A stretch of 64,000 nt of DNA. Origin: Truepera sp. (GTDB taxonomy: Bacteria; Deinococcota; Deinococci; Deinococcales; Trueperaceae). Both the position numbers and the translations under genes were made by a program. The notes beneath the pieces were generated by a model. It had not been told where the DNA came from and searched no databases. It saw only the letters and a list, made by a program, of their open reading frames with translations. The stretch is from positions 2,720,001 through 2,784,000 of the forward strand of contig CBDCKW010000009.1 of the NCBI GenBank assembly GCA_965218435.1, read 5' to 3'. Positions 18,566-29,815 of the stretch are shown in pieces. How positions within the stretch are numbered: the stretch's first letter is position 1; every line of letters begins with the position of its first letter.

Positions 18566-19513
18566 CTACTCCTTTAGTTCAAAGCCCTGCGCTTGCAGGC
18601 GCTCTTTGATTTCCTCGAGCGACTTGTCCCCGACGCCGCCGACTTTTTTAAGGTCGCGTTCGGACAACGCGAGCAGTGCGTCAACCGAGTCAATACCTTC
18701 TTCTTGCAGCGAATGAAGCACGCGGCTCGAGAGGTCTAAGCTCTCTAAAGTGACCTGGGTGGCCTCGCCCCGGCCTACAGCGGCGGGTTCCGAAGCGGCG
18801 GCGCTCGAGGTCGTCGGCGCGGCGATCACCGGTACCGGCTCTTCAAACTCACCGCCGCTAAAGACTGAGAGCTGGTTCCGCAAGGTGTCAACCGCACTCT
18901 CTAACGCCTCTTTAGGCGAGACGCTACCGTCGGTCCAAACGCGCAACACCAGACGGTCAAGGTCGGTCTTTTGCCCAACCCGGGTGTCTTCAACGCGGTA
19001 GGCGACGCGGCGCACGGGGGTAAAGACAGCGTCCACCGGAATCGAATTGATCCGGTCTTTGGTCGCGTGAATCTCTGCCGGAACGTAACCGATCCCCGGT
19101 TCGACGCGCACTTCCATCACGAGCTTGCCGCCCCCCGTAAGCGTAGCGAGGTACAACTCGGGGTTGACGACGGACGCGCCCATCGGGACTTCGAAGTCTC
19201 CAGCTGTCACTGGCCCCGCACGTTCGGCGCGGAGCGTCAAGGTGACCGGCTCGTTGTCGTGCAGCTTGACGACCAATTCTTTGAGGTTGAGGATGAGCTG
19301 CATCACGTCCTCTTTCATCCCCTCGATAGTTGAAAACTCGTGCAACACGTCTTCGATATAGACGCTCGTCACGGCGGTCCCGGCAACCGACGAGAGCAAG
19401 ATGCGCCTCAGCGGGTTACCGATGGTGACGCCGTAGCCGCGGGGCAGCGGTTCGACCGTAAACTCGCCGTACTGCTCGCCGACGCGGGCCTTAAATTCAG
19501 GTGTGATCTGCAC
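18566..19513 (-). CDS. rpoA: RNA polymerase alpha subunit
   Basis: EPLPRGYGVTIGNPLRRILLSS, HEFSTIEG, alpha-CTD. Confidence 0.98.
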   Translation of the reverse strand: MQITPEFKARVGEQYGEFTVEPLPRGYGVTIGNPLRRILLSSVAGTAVTSVYIEDVLHEFSTIEGMKEDVMQLILNLKELVVKLHDNEPVTLTLRAERAGPVTAGDFEVPMGASVVNPELYLATLTGGGKLVMEVRVEPGIGYVPAEIHATKDRINSIPVDAVFTPVRRVAYRVEDTRVGQKTDLDRLVLRVWTDGSVSPKEALESAVDTLRNQLSVFSGGEFEEPVPVIAAPTTSSAAASEPAAVGRGEATQVTLESLDLSSRVLHSLQEEGIDSVDALLALSERDLKKVGGVGDKSLEEIKERLQAQGFELKE

Positions 19514-19544
19514 CGTAAACTCCTGTTCTGGTCAAGTCTAGGCG

Positions 19545-20162
19545 CTATCTCGAGTAGTACTCGATGACCTGAAGTTCGTTGACGGGAACGCTCAGGTCTT
19601 CGCGGGCGGGCAAACGCTGAAACTTACCCTTTAAGGACTCTGAATCGAACTCGAGCCACGGGCTGAGTCTCCCCCGTTTGCGCGCTTCGACGTTGCCTTT
19701 GATGATTTCGTTACTCCGGCTACGTGTTGCCACGGCGATCTCATCGCCCGGTTTGACGCGGTACGACGGGACATCAACCGGTTTGCCGTTGACCGTAATG
19801 TGCTTGTGCGAGACGAGCTGCCGTGCTTGACGGCGGGTGTGCGCGATCCCGAGACGGAATACCACATTGTCGAGGCGGGACTCGAGCAGCTGTAAAAACA
19901 CCGCGCCGGTCGCGCCCTCTTGACGCACGGCGTCGTCAAACAGCGTGCGAAATTGCTTTTCGCTCATGTTGTAGAGGCGGCGCAGCTTCTGCTTTTCACG
20001 GAGGCGGACGCCATAGTCCGAAATCTTACGGCCCCGGCGCTGCCCGTGTTGTCCCGGAGGGTAAGGGCGGCGCTCCATGTATTTTTGTACTTTTGGCGTC
20101 TCCGCGAGGTTGACCCCTTCGCGGCGACTCAGCTTGACGATCGGTTCTCTCTGACGACCCAT
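19545..20162 (-). CDS. rpsD: 30S ribosomal protein uS4
   Basis: [25 protein letters not shown]. Confidence 0.98.
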   Translation of the reverse strand: MGRQREPIVKLSRREGVNLAETPKVQKYMERRPYPPGQHGQRRGRKISDYGVRLREKQKLRRLYNMSEKQFRTLFDDAVRQEGATGAVFLQLLESRLDNVVFRLGIAHTRRQARQLVSHKHITVNGKPVDVPSYRVKPGDEIAVATRSRSNEIIKGNVEARKRGRLSPWLEFDSESLKGKFQRLPAREDLSVPVNELQVIEYYSR

Positions 20163-20189
20163 AGTTCTCCCTTAGTAGCAGGTGCTAGT

Positions 20190-20588
20190 TTATTTGAGGC
20201 GCTGGCGTTTGGTAAGGCGGCAACCGTTGTGCGCCACCGGCGTCGCGTCAATGATCGAGCGCACGTTGACGCCCGTCGCCTGAATTGAACGAATCGCTTG
20301 CTCACGGCCCGAGCCGGTGCCGCGGATGACGATATCGAGCTGGCTCACACCCATGTTCTGCGCTTTACGGGTCGCGTCGGCGGCGGCGAGCTGCGCGGCG
20401 TAAGGCGTCCCTTTTTTCGAGCCTTTGTACCCAATGCTGCCCGAACTCGACCACGCGACGGTGTTGCCGTCCATGTCGGTAATCGTCACGATGGTGTTGT
20501 TGTACGACGCGTGGATATAGACCTTACCTTCGGCGAGGTTACGTCTGACGCGTTTTTTGGTTTTGTTTCTCGCGGCTTGTCTGCTCAT
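20190..20588 (-). CDS. rpsK: 30S ribosomal protein uS11
   Basis: HASYNNTIVTITD, TPYAAQ, PVAHNGCR. Confidence 0.98.
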   Translation of the reverse strand: MSRQAARNKTKKRVRRNLAEGKVYIHASYNNTIVTITDMDGNTVAWSSSGSIGYKGSKKGTPYAAQLAAADATRKAQNMGVSQLDIVIRGTGSGREQAIRSIQATGVNVRSIIDATPVAHNGCRLTKRQRLK

Positions 20589-20597
20589 GGGGTCCCC

Positions 20598-20978
20598 TTA
20601 CTTCTTCGCGGCTTTCTTCTTGCCTGCGACGGTGCGGCGCGGCCCCTTGCGGGTGCGGGCGTTGGTTTTGGTCGATTGACCGCGAACTGGCAGGCCGCGA
20701 CGATGCCGTAAACCCCGGTAGCAGCCAATATCCATCAGCCGTTTGATGTTGAGCTGAATTTCGCGGCGGAGGTCGCCTTCGACCTTATAGGTCTTTTCGA
20801 CGATTTCACGGAGGCGCGCGACTTCGGTTTCCGCGAGGTCTTTGACCCGCGTGTCGGGGCTCACACCTGCTTCGGCTAAAACCTGCTGCGAGCGGGTCAG
20901 GCCGATGCCGTAGATGTAAGGAAGCGCGTACTCGATACGCTTATCACGGGGAAGGTCGATACCGGCAATTCGCGCCAT
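20598..20978 (-). CDS. rpsM: 30S ribosomal protein uS13
   Basis: [21 protein letters not shown]. Confidence 0.98.
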   Translation of the reverse strand: MARIAGIDLPRDKRIEYALPYIYGIGLTRSQQVLAEAGVSPDTRVKDLAETEVARLREIVEKTYKVEGDLRREIQLNIKRLMDIGCYRGLRHRRGLPVRGQSTKTNARTRKGPRRTVAGKKKAAKK

Positions 20979-20979
20979 A

Positions 20980-21096
20980 CTAGCCCTGCCTTTGCTTGTG
21001 CTTCGGGTTGACCGAGCAGATCACGAACACTTTGCCGTGGCGACGAATGACTTTGCATTTGTCGCAGATCGGCTTAACGGACGCACGTACTTTCAT
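20980..21096 (-). CDS. rpmJ: 50S ribosomal protein bL36 (Zn-binding form)
   Basis: Manual translation [38 protein letters not shown]. Confidence 0.97.
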   Translation of the reverse strand: MKVRASVKPICDKCKVIRRHGKVFVICSVNPKHKQRQG

Positions 21097-21108
21097 CTTT
21101 TCTCCTCG

Positions 21109-21390
21109 TTATTTTCGGTAGACAATACGGCCCTTTTCGGGGTCGTAGGTGCTGATTTCTAAAACGACGCGGTCGCCGGGGAGGATGCGGATGTAGTGCC
21201 TGCGCATCTTACCGCCGACGTGGGCTAAAATTTCCGGCCCAGCGTCTAACTGAACTAAAAACGTCGTATTGGGACGCGCCTCGAGCACCACTCCTTCAGT
21301 GCGAATTGAATCGAGCGTCGTCTCTTCGGGGCGCTCGGGGCGCTCTTTGGGTGGACCTCTGCGGCCTCCGCCTGATCTACTACGCGCCAC
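21109..21390 (-). CDS. infA: Translation initiation factor IF-1 with N-terminal extension
   Basis: [32 protein letters not shown] before GTG 21390. Confidence 0.95.
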   Translation of the reverse strand: MARSRSGGGRRGPPKERPERPEETTLDSIRTEGVVLEARPNTTFLVQLDAGPEILAHVGGKMRRHYIRILPGDRVVLEISTYDPEKGRIVYRK

Positions 21391-22180
21391 GTACACCTCC
21401 TTCGTAAATGGGCGCACCTGCCATGGTCAGCACGCGCGGCCCTGCTTCGGTAATCGCAACCGTATGCTCGAAATGAGCTGCCCACGACCGGTTGACCGTC
21501 GGCGCGGTCCAACCGTCAGCTAAAATCTTGATCTCGGTTTTCGTTTCGGTTACCATCGGTTCGATAGCCAAAACTAAACCCGGTCTGAGCCGCGCCCCGG
21601 TACCGGCGCGGCCATAATTTGGCACATCCGGCGACTCGTGAAACGAGCTGCCGATTCCGTGACCGACGAATTCTCTGACAACCCAAAAGCCCTCAGCTTC
21701 AACGGTTTTTTGAATCGCCGCTGCCACGTCGCCCAAACGGCCCCCAGGCTGCGCCGCTACAATACCCGCGTAAAGCGAGCGTTCAGTGGCATTTAACAGC
21801 GCCTGGATACGTTTAGAAACGCTGCCGATAGCGTAGGTCTTGGCCATGTCAGCGGCATAACCTTTGTAGAATAACCCAATGTCAACCGAAACGATGTCGC
21901 CGTTATGTAAGGGTTTGCGGTCAGGAATGCCGTGAACGACCACCTCGTTGACTGAGGTGCAGAGCGTACCGGGAAACGGCACTGTAGCTGAACTCGAGCC
22001 CCGGTAGCCCTTAAAGGCTGGCGTCGCGCCTTTTGAGAGAATGTATTCTTCAGCTGCAGCGTTTAGCTCGGCGGTTGACACGCCCGGCTGAAGCAGCGGT
22101 TCGATGGACTCTAACGCCTCACGGTTGATGACGGCGGCCTGGACCATCGCGTCAATCTCCCGAGCACTTTTTAAGATCAT
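21380..22180 (-). CDS. map: Methionine aminopeptidase type I
   Basis: [27 protein letters not shown]. Confidence 0.97.
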   Translation of the reverse strand: MILKSAREIDAMVQAAVINREALESIEPLLQPGVSTAELNAAAEEYILSKGATPAFKGYRGSSSATVPFPGTLCTSVNEVVVHGIPDRKPLHNGDIVSVDIGLFYKGYAADMAKTYAIGSVSKRIQALLNATERSLYAGIVAAQPGGRLGDVAAAIQKTVEAEGFWVVREFVGHGIGSSFHESPDVPNYGRAGTGARLRPGLVLAIEPMVTETKTEIKILADGWTAPTVNRSWAAHFEHTVAITEAGPRVLTMAGAPIYEGGVRGA

Positions 22181-22204
22181 AAAGAGACCTTCATGACCAG
22201 ACCT

Positions 22205-22774
22205 TCATGATAGTACCTCGGAGATGTTGGCGAACACCTCTTCAACCGTTCCGGTACCTGTTACGCGGCGCAGTTTGCCCCGCACCTCGTAGTATTCCAA
22301 CAAGGGCGCGGTCTGCTCGGTGTAAACCTGCATCCGGGTGCGAATGGTCTCTTCGTTATCGTCAGTACGGCCTTGCTCTTCTGCACGTTTAACCAAGCGG
22401 GCGACGAGTTCGTCAACGTCAACCTCGAGCAAGATCGCCGCAGTGATTGCTGCGTCAAGCTCTTGCAGCAGCCCATCTAACGCTTCGGCTTGAACCGTGG
22501 TCCGCGGAAACCCGTCGAGCAAGACCCTGACCGCTGAAGCTTCCTCTAACTCACTCCGCACCATCGCCACGATCAGCTCGTCGGAAACAAGCTGACCGGC
22601 TTCCATCACCTGCTTGGCTACCCGGCCGACGTCGGTTTCCCGCTTCACGTGGTCACGGAGCATATCGCCGGTTGAAAGCTTCGTTAAGCGGCGGGCACGC
22701 GCCAGCTTTTCGGCTTGCGTGCCTTTGCCAGCTCCAGGCGGGCCGACGAGCAGAAGAACTTCAGAATTCATCAA
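22205..22774 (-). CDS. adk: Adenylate kinase (short LID)
   Basis: GPPGAGKGTQ, STGDMLR, LDGFPR. Confidence 0.97.
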   Translation of the reverse strand: MMNSEVLLLVGPPGAGKGTQAEKLARARRLTKLSTGDMLRDHVKRETDVGRVAKQVMEAGQLVSDELIVAMVRSELEEASAVRVLLDGFPRTTVQAEALDGLLQELDAAITAAILLEVDVDELVARLVKRAEEQGRTDDNEETIRTRMQVYTEQTAPLLEYYEVRGKLRRVTGTGTVEEVFANISEVLS

Positions 22775-24084
22775 AAACGCCGCCCACGCCCGCGAATCCG
22801 GCCGCGGCTGACGAAGCCGTCGTAGTGGCGCATTTTAAGTTGAGACTCGAGCTGGCGCAAGGTATCTAACGCTACCCCGACGACAATCAAGAGGCCAATC
22901 CCGGAAAACACCAACGAGAGCTGCCCTTGGCCGGTAATCCACCCCAAAATCTGCGGTAAGGCGTTGACCAGTCCGAGAAACAGCGCACCCCACAAGGTGA
23001 TGCGGTTCGTGATCCGGGTTAGATGTTCGGTCGTTTGCTGCCCCGGCCGTACCCCCGGTACAAACCCGCCGTACTCGCGCAGGTTTTCCGAAATGCGTTT
23101 AGGATCAAACGAAATCTGCGTATAAAAGTAGGTAAACGCAACGATCAGCAGCGTACTGACAATTAGTCCCTGCCAGTTCGACGGATTAAACCACACCGCT
23201 GCCGACTGCAACCAAACGACGTTGGGGAACGCCGAAATCAGCGTCGTCGGAATGACGAGCACCGACACCGCAAAGATCACCGGAATGACCCCGGCGGCGT
23301 TGAGGCGCATTGGGATATAGGTACTTTGCCCCCCCATGACGCGGCGGCCGACGACTTTACGGGCGTACTGTACCGGGATACGGCGTTCAGCTTGCTGGAT
23401 TAACACCATCCCGGCAATCGCCACGACTAACAGCGCAAAAAAGATGATAATGCCGATCAGGTTCGATTCGCCGGTACCGACGAGCGCGATGTTTTGCGCG
23501 ATGGCTTGCGGATACGCCGCGACGATCCCGGCATAAATAATCAGCGAGATGCCGTTGCCAATCCCGTATTCGGTAATTTTTTCGCCCAAATACATAACCA
23601 CGGCGATCCCGGCGATTTGGGTAATCAGCACGGTCAACCAAAAAAACGGCCCGTTACTCCAACCGACCCTAAGCGCACCGGAAGGCCCAATGACGGCGGT
23701 GGCTAAGAAAAGCCCCTGCACCGCGCCGAGTCCGAGCGCCGCGTAGCGCGTGTACTGCGTGATCTTTCGCCGTCCTTCTTCACCCTCTTTGGAAAGTTTT
23801 TCTAGTGGCGGGTAGATCGAGGTTAAGAGCTGAAAGATAATGCTCGCCGTGATGTACGGAATCACGCCGAGCGCGAACACCGAGAACTGCTTGATGTTGC
23901 CGCCCGAGATAAAGCCTAAAAGTTCGAAGACGCCGTTGTTCAGCTGACCCTGAAGCGCCTGCGCGTCAACCCCCGGCGTCGGGATAAAAACGCCCAAGCG
24001 GTAGACTGACAAAAGCCCGATGACAATGAGCAGTTTAGCCCGCAGGTCAGGGATGCGAAAGGCGTTTCCGAAAGCGGAGAGCAT
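22771..24084 (-). CDS. secY: Preprotein translocase SecY
   Basis: FALGVIPYITASII, GIGNGISL, PGVRPG. Confidence 0.98.
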   Translation of the reverse strand: MLSAFGNAFRIPDLRAKLLIVIGLLSVYRLGVFIPTPGVDAQALQGQLNNGVFELLGFISGGNIKQFSVFALGVIPYITASIIFQLLTSIYPPLEKLSKEGEEGRRKITQYTRYAALGLGAVQGLFLATAVIGPSGALRVGWSNGPFFWLTVLITQIAGIAVVMYLGEKITEYGIGNGISLIIYAGIVAAYPQAIAQNIALVGTGESNLIGIIIFFALLVVAIAGMVLIQQAERRIPVQYARKVVGRRVMGGQSTYIPMRLNAAGVIPVIFAVSVLVIPTTLISAFPNVVWLQSAAVWFNPSNWQGLIVSTLLIVAFTYFYTQISFDPKRISENLREYGGFVPGVRPGQQTTEHLTRITNRITLWGALFLGLVNALPQILGWITGQGQLSLVFSGIGLLIVVGVALDTLRQLESQLKMRHYDGFVSRGRIRGRGRRF

Positions 24085-24570
24085 CTAGTTCGGCCCTTCG
24101 GCCTGCGCTGGGTTGGAGTCTGCCAGGGTAGCGTCACCGACGACAGTACCGCCCGCGTTTTGCAAAGCCTGAACCGCACTGCGGCTGTAGGCGTCAACCT
24201 CGACGGTCAAGTTTTGCACCGTTACTTCACCATTCCCCAAGAGTTTGACTGGGCGGTCTGAATGCCGCACCACGCCCAGGTTACGGAGCGTTTCGGCGTT
24301 GACAGTTGCGCCCGCCTCAAAAGCGTTGAGGTGCTCTAGGTTGACAATCTGGTAGTCCGTATTGTGATGAATAAAGCCGCGTTTAGGTAGCCGCATCACG
24401 AGGCGCGAACGGCCCCCTTCCCAACCGGACCCTTGCGAGAAACCAGAACGGCTCGACTGTCCTTTTTGGCCGCGACCGGCAGTTTTGCCGTGACCGCTGC
24501 CTAAGCCTCGCCCGACCCGGCGGCGGTTCTTTTTCGCGCCGGGAGCCGGTTTTAAGTCGTTAAGTTTCAT
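24085..24570 (-). CDS. rplO: 50S ribosomal protein uL15
   Basis: GRGLGSGHGKTAGRGQKGQ, RLPKRGF. Confidence 0.98.
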   Translation of the reverse strand: MKLNDLKPAPGAKKNRRRVGRGLGSGHGKTAGRGQKGQSSRSGFSQGSGWEGGRSRLVMRLPKRGFIHHNTDYQIVNLEHLNAFEAGATVNAETLRNLGVVRHSDRPVKLLGNGEVTVQNLTVEVDAYSRSAVQALQNAGGTVVGDATLADSNPAQAEGPN

Positions 24571-24572
24571 CC

Positions 24573-24740
24573 TTATCCTTCCACCTTAAAGAGGTACGAC
24601 ACCTTGTTCATCATGCCGCGAACGTCGGGCGTGTCTTTAAGGTCTCGAGTATCGCCGGTCTTTTTGAAACCGAGGGCGCGAACCGTTGCCTTTTGTTCTT
24701 TTTTAACGCCGATCAGAGAACGAACAAGTGTCGCTTTCAC
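24573..24740 (-). CDS. rpmD: 50S ribosomal protein uL30
   Basis: Manual translation [55 protein letters not shown]; syntenic position. Confidence 0.95.
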   Translation of the reverse strand: MKATLVRSLIGVKKEQKATVRALGFKKTGDTRDLKDTPDVRGMMNKVSYLFKVEG

Positions 24741-25207
24741 CGCGCGTCTTGCCGTTCTTGCTTCGACTCTTCAAAGGTTTTAAGTTGCTTGAGGCCGTCG
24801 ATCACTGCGTAAGCGACGTTGGTTTGATTGCGTGAACCGAGTTCTTTGGTCAGCAGATTGCGAAAACCCGCCAGCTCGATAATCGCGCGCGGTACGCTCC
24901 CCGCAATCACGCCGGTTCCGGCACCTGCAGGTTTAAGCATCACGCGGCTCGTGCTGTGTGTCCCCAAAACTTCGTGAGGAATGGTTCCTGGCTCTTCGAT
25001 CGGCACTTCGATCAAATTACGACGCGCAACGTACTGACCTTTTTGAACGGCGATCGGCACCTCTTTGGCTTTGCCGAGACCGATACCTACACGGCCGTTA
25101 CGGTCCCCGATGGCGACCATCGCGCCGAAACGAAAGCGGCGGCCTCCCTGATAGGTTTTTGCGGTGCGGCGGATATAGATAACTTTATCTTCAAACTCTT
25201 CAGCCAT
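24737..25207 (-). CDS. rpsE: 30S ribosomal protein uS5
   Basis: [24 protein letters not shown]. Confidence 0.98.
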   Translation of the reverse strand: MAEEFEDKVIYIRRTAKTYQGGRRFRFGAMVAIGDRNGRVGIGLGKAKEVPIAVQKGQYVARRNLIEVPIEEPGTIPHEVLGTHSTSRVMLKPAGAGTGVIAGSVPRAIIELAGFRNLLTKELGSRNQTNVAYAVIDGLKQLKTFEESKQERQDAR

Positions 25208-25554
25208 TAGAACTCGAGCCCTCCTTCACGGGCGCTCTCGGCGAGCGCCTTGATACGGCCGTGGTAGCGGTACGCGCCACGATCAAAGACAACGCGCTTC
25301 GCGCCAGCTTGCGCCGCACGTTCGGCGACAGCTTTGCCGACGGCGGCCGCTTGTTCGGTTTTATTGCCGGTAACGCCTAAGCTCTTGCTGTTCGCTTCGG
25401 CGATGGTACGCCCTTGGCCCATGTCAATGACTTGAGCGTAGATATGTCTGCTGCTGCGAAAAACGGTCAACCGCAGACGGTCGGTCGTAACAGGGCGTTG
25501 CAGCTTCCGGCGCGTGCGGAAGCGGCGACGCTCTTTGGTATGTAAAATTGTCAT
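25207..25554 (-). CDS. rplR: 50S ribosomal protein uL18
   Basis: [25 protein letters not shown]. Confidence 0.98.
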   Translation of the reverse strand: MTILHTKERRRFRTRRKLQRPVTTDRLRLTVFRSSRHIYAQVIDMGQGRTIAEANSKSLGVTGNKTEQAAAVGKAVAERAAQAGAKRVVFDRGAYRYHGRIKALAESAREGGLEF

Positions 25555-25562
25555 AACTACTC

Positions 25563-26102
25563 CTAGCGGGCCGCGGTCTTACCGGGTTTGAGGCGAACTT
25601 GCTCGCCTTCGTACCGCACACCCTTGCCGTGGTATGAGTCGGGCGGACGAATTTCACGGATATTGGCGGCGACTTGACCGACAAGCTGCTTGTCAATCCC
25701 TGAAATCGTAATCGCAGTGGGTTGCGGCGCAGCAATCGTGATACCTTCGGGGGGTTCAAAAACCACCGGATGCGAGAAGCCGAGCTGAAGCTCTAACGCT
25801 TTGCCCCGCATCGCGCAGCGGTACCCGACCCCCTGAATCTGCAGGTTACGCGAATAGCCTTCAGTGACACCTTGAACTGCGTTATTCAGTAAGCTTCGGA
25901 TCAAGCCGTGTTGGGCGCGGTCACGGGGCGCGTCGGTGGGGCGTTCTAAGGTCACCACACCGCCCTCTTGGTTAAGTTTAAGGCGTGGGTTAAACGGCAC
26001 GACGAGTTGACCCTTCGGCCCTTTGACTGTCACCGAGGTTCTAGCGGCGCTGATCTCAACGCCTTGAGGCAGCGTGATGGGGGTACGTCCGATACGGCTC
26101 AC
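25563..26102 (-). CDS. rplF: 50S ribosomal protein uL6
   Basis: SRIG, GVGYR, LGFSHP, GKGVRY; GTG start overlaps the rpsH stop. Confidence 0.97.
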   Translation of the reverse strand: MSRIGRTPITLPQGVEISAARTSVTVKGPKGQLVVPFNPRLKLNQEGGVVTLERPTDAPRDRAQHGLIRSLLNNAVQGVTEGYSRNLQIQGVGYRCAMRGKALELQLGFSHPVVFEPPEGITIAAPQPTAITISGIDKQLVGQVAANIREIRPPDSYHGKGVRYEGEQVRLKPGKTAAR

Positions 26103-26497
26103 TACCACACCTCGCAGACGACTTCGCCGCCGACGTGGTGACGGCGCGCGTCGCGGTCAATCAGCAGACCTTGTGGCGTCGAGATAACGGCGACGCCGAG
26201 TCCGCCACGTACGACTGGGATATGCGTCGCTTTGGCGTAGGCGCGCCGTCCAGGTTTCGAGACGCGTTTAATCTCGTTGATAATAGGTGAACGCCTGGGG
26301 CCGTACTTGAGGCCGATACGCAGGACCGACTTACCGTCAACTTTGGTCTGCTCCACCGATTTGAGGTAACCCTCTTGAACAAGCACGTCGGCGAGCGACT
26401 TCTTAAACCTGCTCGCCGGCACGTCAACGGTTGCGGCGGCAATCGCCACGCCGTTGCGGATACGCGTCAGCATGTCAGCAATTGGATCCGTATACAT
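26102..26497 (-). CDS. rpsH: 30S ribosomal protein uS8
   Basis: DPIADMLTRIRN, SKPGRR, GGEV. Confidence 0.98.
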   Translation of the reverse strand: MYTDPIADMLTRIRNGVAIAAATVDVPASRFKKSLADVLVQEGYLKSVEQTKVDGKSVLRIGLKYGPRRSPIINEIKRVSKPGRRAYAKATHIPVVRGGLGVAVISTPQGLLIDRDARRHHVGGEVVCEVW

Positions 26498-26520
26498 GAG
26501 TCTCCTAGTGTCTCCTTCGC

Positions 26521-26560
26521 CGGGGTTGGTCTTAGCACAAACGCGCTAACCATCACCCCG
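26521..26560 (-). promoter_or_regulatory. Bulged RNA hairpin just upstream of the rpsH RBS
   Basis: mRNA CGGGGU GA UGGU UAGCGC GUUU GUGCUA AG ACCA ACCCCG. Confidence 0.55.
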
Positions 26561-26623
26561 TAAAAACGTTGTCTCAATTTACCAGCTTGGTTTACCAGCT
26601 AAACCGTTTACCGGCAGAGCCTT

Positions 26624-26809
26624 CTACCAGCTGGCTTTACGAACGCCGGGTAAAAATCCCTGGTGGGCCATCTCGCGTACACAGATGCGGCAGAGGTTAA
26701 AGTCGCGCAGGTAGCTTCTCGAGCGGCCACAGCGGGCGCAGCGGTTGACGTGACGCACCTCAAACTTGGGCGTCCGTTTCGATTTGGCGATATGTGCTTT
26801 GGTTGCCAT
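26624..26809 (-). CDS. rpsN: 30S ribosomal protein uS14 (Zn-binding, type Z)
   Basis: 61 aa; [18 protein letters not shown]. Confidence 0.97.
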   Translation of the reverse strand: MATKAHIAKSKRTPKFEVRHVNRCARCGRSRSYLRDFNLCRICVREMAHQGFLPGVRKASW

Positions 26810-26827
26810 ACTCTTATACTCCTACTT

Positions 26828-27379
26828 TCACTTTCTAAAAGGCATCCCGAGCAGCTCTAAGAGGCTCCGGGCTTCTTCGTCGGTTTGGGCCGTTGTAACG
26901 ATAGAGACGTCCATCCCCCGCGTCGCGTCAACTTGGTCAATCGAGATTTCGGGAAACACGAGCTGTTCACGTAGGCCGAGCGTGTAGTTGCCGCGGCCGT
27001 CAAACGCGTTTGGATTGACGCCGCGAAAGTCGCGAACCCGCGGCAAAGCCACGTTAATGAGCTTTTCTAAAAAAACCCACATCCGCTCGCCGCGTAAGGT
27101 CACCTTAAGGCCGATGGGCATTCCGGCGCGGAGCTTGAAGTTCGACACCGACTTTTTGGCTTTGGTCACGACCGGGCGTTGCAAGGCAATCTGCGCCAAC
27201 TCGCGTGAGGCACGCTCAACGACTTTGGAGTCGTCGCGGGCTTCACCGAGGCCGATGTTGATAACGATCTTTTCTAACTTCGGCACCGCCATCACGTTTG
27301 AATAGTTGTGCCGCTCTTGCAGCTGAGCCCGTACGTCGTTTTGGTAGCGCCCTTTAAGCGCCACATCTACCTTACTCAT
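26828..27379 (-). CDS. rplE: 50S ribosomal protein uL5
   Basis: [25 protein letters not shown]. Confidence 0.98.
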   Translation of the reverse strand: MSKVDVALKGRYQNDVRAQLQERHNYSNVMAVPKLEKIVINIGLGEARDDSKVVERASRELAQIALQRPVVTKAKKSVSNFKLRAGMPIGLKVTLRGERMWVFLEKLINVALPRVRDFRGVNPNAFDGRGNYTLGLREQLVFPEISIDQVDATRGMDVSIVTTAQTDEEARSLLELLGMPFRK

Positions 27380-27386
27380 ACCTCTC

Positions 27387-27719
27387 CTATTCGCCTAAGC
27401 GCACGCCGCTTTTACGGCTGACACGGATTTTGCGCTCACCGTCGAAGTCGGTGCCGATACGCGTCGGCGTCCCAGTTTTAGGGTCTAAGAGCTGAACGTT
27501 CGAGGCGTGAATGGCCGCTTCGCGTTCGTCAAAGCCGCCACGCGGGTTTTCTTGCGTCGGGCGGCGCGTCCGTTTGGTCAGGTTGACACCTTTGACGACC
27601 ACCCGGTTTTTTTCGGGCAGCACCGCGATGATCTCACCTTCAGCGCCGCGGTTTTTACCGGTCATGACGCGTACTCGGTCGCCGTTACGCAGACGGACAC
27701 GCGTTTTTGCACTTTTCAT
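27387..27719 (-). CDS. rplX: 50S ribosomal protein uL24
   Basis: KOW motif [19 protein letters not shown]. Confidence 0.97.
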   Translation of the reverse strand: MKSAKTRVRLRNGDRVRVMTGKNRGAEGEIIAVLPEKNRVVVKGVNLTKRTRRPTQENPRGGFDEREAAIHASNVQLLDPKTGTPTRIGTDFDGERKIRVSRKSGVRLGE

Positions 27720-27786
27720 CTAGCTGCTCCTTTCACTATAAAATCACTATAAAAGCTGGTGGCGTAGGGTTTAACCGCACGTTCTA

Positions 27787-28155
27787 TCAGAGCACTTCGG
27801 GTGCGAGCGACACGATCCGCATAAAACGCCGTTCGCGGAGTTCGCGGGCGACCGGCCCGAAAACGCGGGTACCGCGCGGCTCGTTTTGGTTGTTGATAAT
27901 CACCGCAGCGTTGTTGTCAAAGCGGATGCTGCTGCCGTCAGCGCGGCTGATCTCTTTGGCGGTGCGAACAATAACCGCCCGAACGACATCACCTTTTTTG
28001 ACGCCGGCGCGGGGGATCGCGTCTTTCACCGCAGCGACGATTACGTCACCAACGCCGCCGACGAACTGTGATCCCGTACCCAACACGCGGATGCACTGGA
28101 TGCGGCGTGCGCCTGAGTTGTCGGCTACGTCAAGGTAAGATTCTTGCTGGATCAC
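27787..28155 (-). CDS. rplN: 50S ribosomal protein uL14
   Basis: [26 protein letters not shown]. Confidence 0.98.
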   Translation of the reverse strand: MIQQESYLDVADNSGARRIQCIRVLGTGSQFVGGVGDVIVAAVKDAIPRAGVKKGDVVRAVIVRTAKEISRADGSSIRFDNNAAVIINNQNEPRGTRVFGPVARELRERRFMRIVSLAPEVL

Positions 28156-28157
28156 GG

Positions 28158-28403
28158 CTAGCCCCTGGCTTTCTCGAGGAGCTTCGTGACCGCAAAGCGT
28201 TTGCGTTTGCTGATGGGGCGGCGAGTGATAATCTCGACCAGATCGCCCTCGTTGTATTCGTTGTTTTCGTCGTGCGCGAGGTACTTTTTCGATACTGCCA
28301 CGACTTTGCCGTAAAGCGGGTGCTTAAACCGGCGCTCGACCAGTACGGTGACGGTCTTTTCGGCCTTGTCGCTGACAACGCGCCCTTGGAGCGTCTTTTT
28401 CAT
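28158..28403 (-). CDS. rpsQ: 30S ribosomal protein uS17
   Basis: GRVVSDK, HPLYGK, RPISKRK. Confidence 0.98.
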   Translation of the reverse strand: MKKTLQGRVVSDKAEKTVTVLVERRFKHPLYGKVVAVSKKYLAHDENNEYNEGDLVEIITRRPISKRKRFAVTKLLEKARG

Positions 28404-28591
28404 GCGTTTCCTTTCTCGGCGGCAATCGTCAGCAGCTGAGCGATTTCGCGCTTCGCCGTGCGGATACGGCGCGGGTTCGTCGCCTGCCCAACCGACGCCT
28501 GAATCCGCAAGTCGAGCAGCTCTTTGCGGCGCTTGTCCACCTCAGTGCTGAGTTCGGACGCGCTCAGGTTACGCAGCTCACTGGGCTTCAT
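28400..28591 (-). CDS. rpmC: 50S ribosomal protein uL29
   Basis: [20 protein letters not shown]; syntenic position. Confidence 0.95.
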   Translation of the reverse strand: MKPSELRNLSASELSTEVDKRRKELLDLRIQASVGQATNPRRIRTAKREIAQLLTIAAEKGNA

Positions 28592-29003
28592 CGTAGACCT
28601 CACGTTTAACCATCTTGGTTTTGATCGGCAGTTTGTGTCCGGCTAAGCGAAACGCTTCTTTTGCCTGCGCCTCGGTGACGTTGGCCACTTCAAAGATGAT
28701 GCGGCCCGGTTTGACGACCGAAACCCAGTATTCAACGGCTCCCTTGCCTTTACCCATCCGGGTTTCAGCAGGTTTTTTGGTCACCGGTTTGTCGGGGAAA
28801 ATGCGGATATAAATTTTACCACCACGGCGAAAAAAGCGGCTCATGGTGATGCGGCACGCCTCGATCTGGTTCGACTTGATCCAAGCCGGTTCCATCGCTA
28901 CAAGGCCGTAGTCACCAAAGGCTACATAGTCGCCGCCTTTGGTGTCACCGGACATCCGTCCGCGCATCTGTTTACGATATTTTACGCGCTTAGGTAACAG
29001 CAT
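28578..29003 (-). CDS. rplP: 50S ribosomal protein uL16
   Basis: [21 protein letters not shown]. Confidence 0.98.
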   Translation of the reverse strand: MLLPKRVKYRKQMRGRMSGDTKGGDYVAFGDYGLVAMEPAWIKSNQIEACRITMSRFFRRGGKIYIRIFPDKPVTKKPAETRMGKGKGAVEYWVSVVKPGRIIFEVANVTEAQAKEAFRLAGHKLPIKTKMVKREVYDEAQ

Positions 29004-29812
29004 TACTTACGCTCTTTCCTGTCAGCCGGTCGGCTACGACCCGGCCGGTCACTGCCACTATTCCCGCCACGTCCGGCACCGGGGCCACCTTCAGGGCGGC
29101 GGCGTGCTTGCGGGCGGCGGCGGCGGCGGTTCTTATCTTCGTCTTGCCGGGGGCGGGGTAAGTTGGCAGCGCGGCGCTGTTTGTCACCGACGATTTCGCC
29201 GTGAAACACCCACGCTTTAACGCCGATGACGCCGTAGGTGGTGCTGGCCCTAGCCGTGCCGTAGTCAATGTCGGCGCGAAGGGTTTGCAGCGGCACACGG
29301 CCGTCCATGTACGACTCGGGACGCGCTTGTTCAGAACCGCCCAAACGACCCGAGCAGCGAATTTTGACGCCCTGCGCACCCGACTCCATCGTCCGCTGAA
29401 TGGCTTGTTTCATCGCGCGGCGAAAGGCGAAGCGACGCTCGAGCTGCTCGGCAATACGCTGCGCAATCAAAGCACCGTTCGTATTCGGGTTGGCAACTTC
29501 TTGGACATTGACGGCAATCGTCCCGTCAATCACACCGTCGAGTTTGCTACGGAGTACTTTAATAGATTCGCCGCCGCGACCGATGACGACGCCTGGTTTT
29601 GCAGTGTGAATCGTCACGTTGATATTGTGTGCGGCACGTTCGATGTCAATGCGGGCGACACCCGAATGCCCCACGTCGGCCATCACGGTCTTACGGATAA
29701 TGTCGTCTTCGGCTAACAGCTTCGGGTACGTTTTGGTATTCGCGTACCACTTGGCCGAGGGCACCTTGTTGACACCCAAGCGGAAGCCGACGGGATTGAT
29801 CTTATTCCCCAT
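29003..29812 (-). CDS. rpsC: 30S ribosomal protein uS3 (Arg/Gly-rich C-tail)
   Basis: [27 protein letters not shown]. Confidence 0.98.
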   Translation of the reverse strand: MGNKINPVGFRLGVNKVPSAKWYANTKTYPKLLAEDDIIRKTVMADVGHSGVARIDIERAAHNINVTIHTAKPGVVIGRGGESIKVLRSKLDGVIDGTIAVNVQEVANPNTNGALIAQRIAEQLERRFAFRRAMKQAIQRTMESGAQGVKIRCSGRLGGSEQARPESYMDGRVPLQTLRADIDYGTARASTTYGVIGVKAWVFHGEIVGDKQRRAANLPRPRQDEDKNRRRRRPQARRRPEGGPGAGRGGNSGSDRPGRSRPADRKERK

Positions 29813-29815
29813 AGC

